Origin: Acaryochloris marina MBIC11017
GTDB taxonomy: Bacteria; Cyanobacteriota; Cyanobacteriia; Thermosynechococcales; Thermosynechococcaceae
Assembly: GCF_000018105.1 (NCBI RefSeq)
Contig: NC_009925.1
Location: 780,001 to 812,000, forward strand
Length of the DNA stretch: 32,000 nt
Direction: 5' to 3'
This document shows, piece after piece, positions 24,662-32,000 of the stretch. Position numbers and translations under genes: made by a program. The notes under the pieces are model-generated. The model worked only from the letters and a program-made list of their open reading frames with translations, was not told the origin of the DNA and ran no database searches. Each line of letters begins with the position of its first letter. Position 1 is the stretch's first letter.

Positions 24662-26026
24662 ATGCAAACGATAGCAGCTCAACCCTCCACTCACAAATTA
24701 CCCGAGGGTCCCTCTTCTTCTGGATTGTGGCAAATGTTGCAATGGATTGGACGGCCCCTTGGGTTTATGGAAGCCTGTCGGCAACGGTATGGGGATTTAT
24801 TTACCTTACAGTTGGGGCAATTGGGCCAAATTGTTTTTTGTAGCAATCCCGTCGGCATTGAAGAGATTCTGACGGCAGATCCTAAAAAGATGGATGCAGG
24901 TTGCAATAACTCTGTATTGTTGCCTTTGCTCGGTAATGCATCCGTCATCCTCTTAGATGGCGAATCCCATCAACGACAGCGACAGCTTTTGATGCCCCCA
25001 TTTCACGGAGAACGGATGCGGGCCTATGGCTCATCCATCACTCAGATTACGAAAGATATTGCTTCACCTTGGCAAGTCAACCACCCCTTTGACGTGCGAG
25101 AGGCCATGCAGGCTATTTCCCTCAATGTCATCGTCAAAACGGTGTTTGGCGTGTCGAACCCTGAACGATACCAAGCTTTGCAGGCACTATTGCCTCAATT
25201 TCTGGACTTAACCGGATCACCGGCTGGTGCGAGTTTGCTGTTTCTACGAGGATTACAGAAGGATTGGGGGGCTTGGAGTCCTTGGGGGCGGTTTCTACGG
25301 GTGAGATCGCAACTCGATCACCTCCTCTATCAGCAGATGGACGAACATCGAAGTCAATCCGAAATGGGATCAGACATCCTCTCCCTCATGCTGGCGGCCA
25401 CAGATGAAGTGGGCAATCCCATGACCGATATAGAGCTGCGAGATGAGTTAGTTACCCTGCTGCTAGCAGGGCACGAGACCACCGCTTCAGCATTGACCTG
25501 GGCATTGTATTGGATTCATTTCCTCCCAGATGTGAAGGAAAAACTGATCGCGGAATTAGCCACTGCTGACCTCAATGACGCCAAAAGCATCCAGCGTTTA
25601 CCCTACCTGAATGCAGTGTGCTCTGAAACCTTGAGGATTTATCCGATCGCCCCGATCACCTCTCCTCGAACAACGAGAATGCCCCTATCCCTAATGGGAC
25701 ATAACCTTCCCGTCGGAACCACTGTAGCCCCCTGTATCTATCTCACCCATCGCAGTCCTGAACTCTATCCGAATCCTCAAGCCTTTCAGCCAGAGCGCTT
25801 CCTGGAACGTCAATTTTCCCCCTACGAATATCTGCCATTTGGGGGTAGCAATCGCCGTTGTTTGGGGATGACCTTCGCCCTATTCGAGATGAAACTGGTC
25901 CTCTCGACACTCCTGACTGGCTATCAATTCCAGCTAGAGCAGCCTCAACCCTTAAAACCCGTGCGTAGAGGAGTGACCTTAGCACCGCCCTCTCACTTCA
26001 GAATGATCTTGACCCAGCGACGTTAA
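24662..26026 (+). CDS. Cytochrome P450 (CYP110-like, canonical)
   Basis: I-helix LLAGHETTA, ExxR in ETLRIYP, PERF in FQPERF, and the haem loop FGGSNRRCLGMTFAL. The track ORF starts at 24482. The ATG at 24662 (MQTIAAQPSTHKLPEGP...RYGDLFTL) gives the usual ~454-aa P450 N-terminus. Confidence 0.92.
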   Translation: MQTIAAQPSTHKLPEGPSSSGLWQMLQWIGRPLGFMEACRQRYGDLFTLQLGQLGQIVFCSNPVGIEEILTADPKKMDAGCNNSVLLPLLGNASVILLDGESHQRQRQLLMPPFHGERMRAYGSSITQITKDIASPWQVNHPFDVREAMQAISLNVIVKTVFGVSNPERYQALQALLPQFLDLTGSPAGASLLFLRGLQKDWGAWSPWGRFLRVRSQLDHLLYQQMDEHRSQSEMGSDILSLMLAATDEVGNPMTDIELRDELVTLLLAGHETTASALTWALYWIHFLPDVKEKLIAELATADLNDAKSIQRLPYLNAVCSETLRIYPIAPITSPRTTRMPLSLMGHNLPVGTTVAPCIYLTHRSPELYPNPQAFQPERFLERQFSPYEYLPFGGSNRRCLGMTFALFEMKLVLSTLLTGYQFQLEQPQPLKPVRRGVTLAPPSHFRMILTQRR

Positions 26027-26087
26027 GGGAACATAAAGTCCTGCTGTTGCCATTCTCAACCTCTTTGAGCTTCAGTACAATGACCTC

Positions 26088-26786
26088 ATGTCTGGTCATA
26101 ATCACTACCAAACCCTAGAAGTCGATCCAGCTGCAACGCCAGCTGAGATCAAATCTGCCTATCGGCGTCTGGCTAAGTTATTTCACCCCGATAGCCATCA
26201 TCAGATGGCGAATCATGAGCGCATTGCTCAGGTGAATGAAGCTTACGAAGTTTTAAAAGATCCCCATCGACGGTTGGCCTATGACCAACATCGCCGTACG
26301 GCTCCCACCAAAGGTTCATGGGGAAATGCACAGGCTGGCGCTACCCGCAGTCAAGCCTACCAAAAACCAACCCAAACTGCCCGCACAACAGAGATCCATC
26401 TCCAGCAATGGTTAAAGCAGGTGTACACACCTGTCAATCGGCACCTGGCTAATATTCTTAACCCCCTAGCCGATGAAATCCAATGTTTATCTGCCGATCC
26501 CTATGACGATGATTTAATGGCAGATTTTCAGGATTACTTAGCCGATTGCCGGACTTGCCTAGAAAAGGCTCAAACGATCTTCCAATCTTTCCCGAATCCC
26601 GGCAATATTGCCAGTGTTGCTGCCCATTTATACTACTGTCTCAACCATATTGAGGACGGTATCGAAGATCTGGAACGGTTTACCTACTGCTACGACGATA
26701 GTTACCTCACTACAGGACGAGAATTGTTCCGCATCTCCAAAAAATTACGAAATGAAGCTCAAGATGCAATCAAAGCCGTGTTTTAG
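26088..26786 (+). CDS. J-domain (DnaJ-like) protein with a non-DnaJ C-terminal domain
   Basis: J-domain NHYQTLEVDPAATPAEIKSAYRRLAKLFHPD with the HPD tripeptide. There is no Gly/Phe or zinc-finger region. Confidence 0.9.
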   Translation: MSGHNHYQTLEVDPAATPAEIKSAYRRLAKLFHPDSHHQMANHERIAQVNEAYEVLKDPHRRLAYDQHRRTAPTKGSWGNAQAGATRSQAYQKPTQTARTTEIHLQQWLKQVYTPVNRHLANILNPLADEIQCLSADPYDDDLMADFQDYLADCRTCLEKAQTIFQSFPNPGNIASVAAHLYYCLNHIEDGIEDLERFTYCYDDSYLTTGRELFRISKKLRNEAQDAIKAVF

Positions 26787-27217
26787 GTTGAATGAACCTG
26801 CAATTCTGCCTGACTTGGTCCTGTTCCAAGAAAAATCGACGCCATTTTGTATGGAGGGGAATCAATTCAGTGGCTTTGAGTCATTTCAATGGCTACAAGC
26901 TGTTCATAGATGAGGCGAGGGGATTGGGCTCAATTTTTATCTTGGGTGGTTGAAGTGAGGAAATTTAATGAGTGTAGTTTGACTGTGATCAGTTCATAAT
27001 CAAGATTCGACTAAATCTCGGATAAGCCCAGACTCTACAGAGCTTACAAGGATTTATCAACTCAATCAGCATTTATATTTCGCTAAGCTTGCACATGAAA
27101 GTCAATTGGTTTCATGAGTATTATGTAACTTTTATTTCATCTTCCGACAGATCCCTCTCACCTCAAAATTTCTCATGTAACCTGATAAATATAAAGAGAA
27201 TCTTAAAGGCCGGATTC

Positions 27218-27454
27218 ATGTCTCCTGAAGCAATCCGTAAGTTTTGGTCATTAATTGAAGAGACACAAACCAATATCTTATTGACCCTGGACAATGATGC
27301 TTTAGTGATCTGGTTGTCTCGGCAGCTTCGCCGAGAAGAATTCCTCAAACGGGTCGATACTCGCGATTTGAACGCCTATATCAGTGAAAGACTCCCTTTA
27401 ATTCGGGATTTAGCCCAGGAAAGACTTGCGTATCAGTCCCATTCCTCTGGTTAG
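27218..27454 (+). CDS. Hypothetical small protein (78 aa)
   Basis: This is the in-frame ATG (MSPEAIRKFWSLIEE) within track ORF 27089..27454. The upstream part of the track ORF is AT-rich and looks non-coding. No family was recognised. Confidence 0.45.
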   Translation: MSPEAIRKFWSLIEETQTNILLTLDNDALVIWLSRQLRREEFLKRVDTRDLNAYISERLPLIRDLAQERLAYQSHSSG

Positions 27455-27471
27455 CTCTTTATCTATAAAAG

Positions 27472-27852
27472 CTACAGCACCCACCCCAATACCTGGGCAA
27501 TTTGACTCGCTAGCGTTAGGGAATTAAAAGGCTTTGTAATCACCCCAGCAACCCCTAAGCTTTGAAATTGCTGTTGTTCTGCGGCTTGAGCTTTTGCCGT
27601 GAGTAAAATAACCGGAATGCTACGGGTTAAAGGGCCTTGCTGTAGCTGTTTGAAGGTTTCTATTCCATCCAGCATCGGCATCATCACATCTAACAAAATA
27701 GCGTCAGGTTGCTCCTGGCCAGCAATGGCGATTCCTTCAGCCCCTGAATTCGCGGTGATGACTTGCCAGTCAGCTTCCATCTTTAAACTGAGGCTAGCTA
27801 CAGCTTGAATCGCTTGCTCATCATCAATAATCAGGATGCGTTTTTCTGCCAT
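27472..27852 (-). CDS. Single-domain response regulator (CheY-like receiver)
   Basis: RILIIDDE (acidic pocket), phospho-acceptor context AILLDVMMPMLDG, and PVILLTAKA. It lies 37 nt downstream of the histidine kinase gene on the same strand. Confidence 0.92.
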   Translation of the reverse strand: MAEKRILIIDDEQAIQAVASLSLKMEADWQVITANSGAEGIAIAGQEQPDAILLDVMMPMLDGIETFKQLQQGPLTRSIPVILLTAKAQAAEQQQFQSLGVAGVITKPFNSLTLASQIAQVLGWVL

Positions 27853-27888
27853 AGATTGGGTCTAGGTATAGGGGATGGAAACCAACGA

Positions 27889-30033
27889 TTAACTGACCTC
27901 AGCTTTTTCCACTAACCAACAGGACATGGGTAAGGCCACAAAAAAGCAGCTGCCTTGGCCCAAAACACTTTCGGCCCAGATTTTGCCACCATGTTGTTCT
28001 ACAATTTTGCGGCAGATGGCTAAGCCCAGACCAGTACCACCTTTTTCCCGAGCATCTGAAGCATCGACTTGTTGAAAGCGCTCAAAAACGCTTTCCAGTT
28101 TATCAGCCGGAATGCCTTGGCCCTGGTCAATCACTTGAAACCACAGTTCAGTATGTTTAATCGTGATGGGAAAGGGGGTGTCATGACTCTCTGGTGGAGA
28201 GGAGCTATCTTTGGCTCGTCGCTCTTCAATCCGAAGTTCAGCTGCTAACTCAACCGTTCCACCGGGCTGGGAAAACTTAATGGCATTGCTGATCAAATTA
28301 GTTAGGGTTTGCACCATGTAATCTGGATTGGCCCAAACCATGGTTAAGAGCGGCGTGCTTTTTAAGGTGACCTGATGGTGGTAGGCCATACTCCGCATCG
28401 CGTCTGTAGCATGGGTCATTAAGTCTGCCGCATCGCAGAGGTGCTTACTAATCTTGGCTTGCCCCGATTCGATCCGTTGTAAGTCCAGAACATCACTGAC
28501 TAGACGAACGAGACGATCGGTATTTTGATCGGCAATATCGAGCATTTGTTGGCCATCATCCGATAAATCCCCGAGTTGGCCTGTGGCTAGGAGCTTGATC
28601 GATCCGTGAATTGAAGTCAAAGGCGTTCGTAACTCGTGGCTCACCACGGAAATAAATTCGTCTTTGATCCGTTCTAAGGCTTTGCGATCGCTAATGTCCC
28701 GTTGCACCACCAAAATCGATGTTTTTCCCAGGGGGTCTTTAACCACTTTGAAAGAGCAATCCACGGTCAAAATCTTGCCATTTTTGCCCATAAACTCCAG
28801 CTCTTGCCGATGGCTCCCCTGGGCAAGTAAATCTCCAAATTGCTGCTGGCAGAGCACCTGAGATTTAGGGGCAAAGAGATTAATGAAAGGATGACCTTCT
28901 AGTTCGGATTTACGGTAGCCTGATCGTTCAATCACCACCGGGTTAACATGCTGAATCACCCCTTTGGTGTCTAAAACATAGATAAAATCGGGGGCAGCTT
29001 CAAATAAAGATCGAAATCGCTGCTCGCTTTCTTGCAAGGCGGCTGTCCGTTGCTCAACCCGCATCTCTAACTCTCGATTGAGCTGTTGTAAAGCAGCTTC
29101 GGCCTGCTGGCGAGCGCTTACATCCTGTGCCATGGAGAGGATCGACACCAAGTTGCCCTCTGCATCAAACAGGGCTGAGCTGTACCACTCGCAATCAATC
29201 AGATCGCCTGCTTTCGTATAGTTGCGGGTCAACCGCTCCATATCTGGATTGGCGTAATTGGGAAAGGGGTGTCCAGTCAGGTTCAGCACATGTTCTCGAA
29301 AGAGATGGAGATCGTCGGTATGAATAAACCAGTGATCTGGCCCTCGGCCGATGACTTCCTCTCCCGACCAACCAAAAATTCGTTCAGCCTGAGCCGACCA
29401 GCGCTGAATGCGGCAAGCATGATCCCATTCGATCACCGCTAGGGGAGAATTCTCCACATGAAATCTGAGCTGTTGATGGGCTTGATTCAAATCGGCCAAG
29501 AGTTTGGCCTGAGCTAGGGCAATTCCCGCTTGATCGGCAAGTTGTTTGAGCAAGTCCACTTCAAAGGCTTGCCATTCCCTTGGGGCTGAACATTGGTGAG
29601 CGATCAGCAACCCCCACAGCTGTCCCTGACTAATGATCGGGATAACCAGATTGGCCTTTACTTCAAATTGCCGTAGTAAATCAGCATGGCAAGGGGTAAT
29701 CGGCGCTGTTTCGATATCGCTGATGGCCGAAACGCGCCCCTGTCGATAGGAATCGATAAAGCTGGTACCAAAACAGGTATCGACAATATTTTGGTTAATG
29801 GATTTTGACCAACCGGGCAACACTGCTTCTTGCACCACAGTTCCTGCCCCATCAGGATGAATTTGGAACATGACAACGCGATCAGCATCTAGGAGCTGGC
29901 GCACCTCAGTAACAGTGGTCTGCAGAATTTCGTGGAGATCCAGGGATTGCCTAATTTTGTAGGTAACATCCGCTAACAATTGCATCCGTTGGTTGTGCTT
30001 CTCTAAATTCATTGCGGATAACGGCAGACTCAT
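27889..30033 (-). CDS. Sensor histidine kinase (GAF, PAS, PAS, HisKA, HATPase_c)
   Basis: H-box FISVVSHELRTPLTS, N-box LTNLISNAIKFS, and G-boxes IDQGQGIP and GGTGLGLAICRKIVEQHGGKIWAES. The N-terminal region is GAF-like and is followed by two PAS-like repeats. Confidence 0.93.
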   Translation of the reverse strand: MSLPLSAMNLEKHNQRMQLLADVTYKIRQSLDLHEILQTTVTEVRQLLDADRVVMFQIHPDGAGTVVQEAVLPGWSKSINQNIVDTCFGTSFIDSYRQGRVSAISDIETAPITPCHADLLRQFEVKANLVIPIISQGQLWGLLIAHQCSAPREWQAFEVDLLKQLADQAGIALAQAKLLADLNQAHQQLRFHVENSPLAVIEWDHACRIQRWSAQAERIFGWSGEEVIGRGPDHWFIHTDDLHLFREHVLNLTGHPFPNYANPDMERLTRNYTKAGDLIDCEWYSSALFDAEGNLVSILSMAQDVSARQQAEAALQQLNRELEMRVEQRTAALQESEQRFRSLFEAAPDFIYVLDTKGVIQHVNPVVIERSGYRKSELEGHPFINLFAPKSQVLCQQQFGDLLAQGSHRQELEFMGKNGKILTVDCSFKVVKDPLGKTSILVVQRDISDRKALERIKDEFISVVSHELRTPLTSIHGSIKLLATGQLGDLSDDGQQMLDIADQNTDRLVRLVSDVLDLQRIESGQAKISKHLCDAADLMTHATDAMRSMAYHHQVTLKSTPLLTMVWANPDYMVQTLTNLISNAIKFSQPGGTVELAAELRIEERRAKDSSSPPESHDTPFPITIKHTELWFQVIDQGQGIPADKLESVFERFQQVDASDAREKGGTGLGLAICRKIVEQHGGKIWAESVLGQGSCFFVALPMSCWLVEKAEVS

Positions 30034-30155
30034 GGATAAAAGGCTGTGATCTGTATTCGGATAGCAACTGTTTCAGTCTAGAAATAAGAATCTGCCCCCA
30101 TCATAAAGGTCAAACGAGGGGTCTGGGCATCTATGAGCAAACTGCAACAGATTCG

Positions 30156-31286
30156 TTAAAAGTCTACACCGCGTTTGAGATCAACGCCCTTCTCGGCATA
30201 GTGTTTGTGGCAAACCATCTCGGAATGGGTGCTGGCTAACTCAAAATAGGCGGGAGGGTTTTGGCAGCGCCCGGTGATGATGATTTCGGTATCTCGGGGT
30301 TTACGTAAAAAAGCCTGCATAATCGGTTCTTCCGGCAGAAGTTCCAGATCCACGGTGGGATTCAGCTCATCGAGAATAATGGTCTTGTAAAGACCGGATG
30401 CGATCGCTGCTCGGGCAATCTCCCAGCCTCGCTCTGCTTCTACATAATCAATCTCTTGCTGTTGCCCCCGCCACACAATGGCATCGCGACCACAACGCTG
30501 ATGATCCACCAGGTTGGGATAGCTTTGCTGCATGGCAGAAATGGCTGCATCTTCCGTATACCCAAGCCCACCTTTGAGCCACTGCATAATCAGAACCCGA
30601 TGGGATTGGTCTTGGCTAATACCACGACCAATGGCCTGAAGTGCTTTACCGAGAGCACTCGTAGACTTACCTTTACCAGATCCGGTATAAATTTCAATCC
30701 CTTCAATCCCTTGGCGAGTCCCTTCATGGGAGTGGGGTTTCATCTCGGAATGGAGATCGGCAACATTAAGCAGGCCTTGGGGTGTCCCTCTCCCTGTGGA
30801 GATCACTTCTAAATGGTCAGGTTTTTTGCGGAGCGACTGAACTACGTCATTGATGTCTAGGAGTCCTAAATCTAGAACCGGATTCAGCTCATCTAGAACT
30901 ACAACCGAGTAGAGACCGGATGCGATCGCACCTTTGGCAATATCCCATCCCCGTTGAGCTTCTTGGCGGTCAAACTTGGTGATATCGTCCGCCCCAAAGA
31001 ACTCAGCCCTTCCTGTTCGCACTTGATCAATTAAGTGGGGAAAGGCACGCTGTAAGGCTTCAATGGCAGCATCTTCAGCATAGGGACGGCCAGGCCCCTT
31101 TAAAAACCGTAGTAGTAGAACACGGGTCGGGAATGCAGACGCAATGCCTAAACCAATTGAACGTAATACCACCCCCAAGGCCGCTTGTGATTTGCCTTTG
31201 CCGGCTCCATCATAAACGTGAATTTGGCCAACAATACGTTCTGAGCGATCTTGGGCTGTATTGATACCAATCCCATTTCTGGCCAT
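30156..31286 (-). CDS. cobO: Cob(I)yrinic acid a,c-diamide / corrinoid adenosyltransferase (CobO/BtuR family), tandemly duplicated domain
   Basis: There are two complete halves, each with a P-loop and following motifs. First half: IHVYDGAGKGKSQAALG...VLLLRFLKG...VVVLDELN...VISTGRG. Second half: IEIYTGSGKGKSTSALG...VLIMQWLKGG...TIILDELN...IIITGRC. Each half resembles E. coli BtuR as I remember it. Confidence 0.88.
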   Translation of the reverse strand: MARNGIGINTAQDRSERIVGQIHVYDGAGKGKSQAALGVVLRSIGLGIASAFPTRVLLLRFLKGPGRPYAEDAAIEALQRAFPHLIDQVRTGRAEFFGADDITKFDRQEAQRGWDIAKGAIASGLYSVVVLDELNPVLDLGLLDINDVVQSLRKKPDHLEVISTGRGTPQGLLNVADLHSEMKPHSHEGTRQGIEGIEIYTGSGKGKSTSALGKALQAIGRGISQDQSHRVLIMQWLKGGLGYTEDAAISAMQQSYPNLVDHQRCGRDAIVWRGQQQEIDYVEAERGWEIARAAIASGLYKTIILDELNPTVDLELLPEEPIMQAFLRKPRDTEIIITGRCQNPPAYFELASTHSEMVCHKHYAEKGVDLKRGVDF

Positions 31287-32000
31287 AATTACTCTGTCTT
31301 TATCCTTTTAATCATTAAATGGGTAGATTGTAATTTAGGCATCCCCTATGGTGAGGGGCAAAATCTATCTTAAAGACTAAGTTCTCCCCTATGAGTCCCT
31401 GGAAGGATGTAGTTAATCGATTATGACCCAAAGTACTCTACCTGGTTCTTAGACTCTCTACATCTTAAAGGGATTGCTATCAATCTCCCAGAGAACCTGA
31501 ATATACTCTGAGCGGCCTCAAAACGAAATCGGGAAATCAGCATTCTACAGCGCCCACCTTTCTTCAGCTCGTTAGTTTCTCTGTTTTTGGATAGGGATAG
31601 TTATGGCATTAGGGCTACACTTTGAAGCCTATCTATCCTTGATTTGAGCAAAAGGATTGAAAGAATGAATATCAAAAGTTAGTCGTTACAAATGGTTATA
31701 CTAATCTGGGTATCCACAAGAGGTAGATGATATTAGAATATAGTGGCCCAGCATGTGGTTTATGTGGCATGAATACCAGCTAATTCACATAAGTAAATAG
31801 GCTGTCTAATATTAAAAATATCAATACCTTTAAGCAAGGTATCAGTTATTGAAAATCTCCTTCGATCTTTTTTACCTAAACCTCACTCTATCGTCCTCCC
31901 TGCATGACTTCTATGCTCTTCCTGTCGTGGGTGCGTTATGCTAGAGCATTGGGCAACCTAACGATGGTTAAAATCTCAATCTCTTTGGCTAGACACTAAT

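Noticed and set aside
26608-26913. ORF 26608..26913 (101 aa) overlapping the 3' end of the J-domain gene; also minor ORFs such as 5490..5690, 4086..4349, 12225..12428 and 30456..30812
   Set aside because: All are alternative-frame or antisense ORFs nested in strongly supported genes, with no motifs of their own.
31287-31600. Cobalamin riboswitch upstream of the cobO-like gene
   Set aside because: I looked on the minus strand for a B12-box-like GCCACTG core and a GC-rich multi-helix region. I found neither, and the region is AT-rich.
1-32000. Contractile injection system, T6SS or T7SS structural genes that could deliver the DUF4157 protein
   Set aside because: No ORF in the window has sheath, tube, baseplate, VgrG or ATPase signatures. 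Their absence here does not exclude a locus elsewhere in the genome.

Overview
This looks like a cyanobacterial chromosomal segment. The evidence is 10 GCGATCGC (HIP1) palindromes found by eye, an ftsQ-ftsZ pair with a long FtsZ N-terminal extension, a pentapeptide-repeat protein, a CYP110-like P450 and a DesC-type desaturase. Left core (1-6.65 kb): msrP (partial), ftsQ, ftsZ, prs, a conserved hypothetical, an orphan ABC ATPase and a Crp/Fnr-family regulator. Right core (20.4-32 kb): a TetR-family regulator fused to a degenerate tyrosine-recombinase-like domain, divergent from a delta-9 desaturase gene, then glutaredoxin, a pentapeptide-repeat protein, a P450, a J-domain protein, a response regulator/histidine kinase pair and a tandem-duplicated CobO-like adenosyltransferase. 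Between the cores lies about 13.8 kb of accessory DNA (about 6.65-20.43 kb). It is bracketed by about 320-bp diverged direct repeats of the crp/tetR junction itself. Its cargo has four parts. (i) A leaderless 1155-aa polymorphic-toxin-like protein with a DUF4157 (HExxH, 'PVC-metallopeptidase') prefix, plus a 299-aa partner. (ii) An IS5/IS1182-like insertion sequence with 17-bp inverted repeats and a 6-bp flanking direct repeat. (iii) A lipoxygenase followed by an atypical, AT-rich P450-like gene. (iv) A translationally coupled holin-like gene and a GH24 lysozyme / YkuD L,D-transpeptidase fusion gene. Two decayed copies of a tyrosine-recombinase gene form a second, nested direct repeat. The candidates I rank highest for a new system are the toxin/partner pair and the holin-muramidase-LDT module, which may be its export route. 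All domain calls rest on motifs read by eye from the translations. No searches or computations were run.
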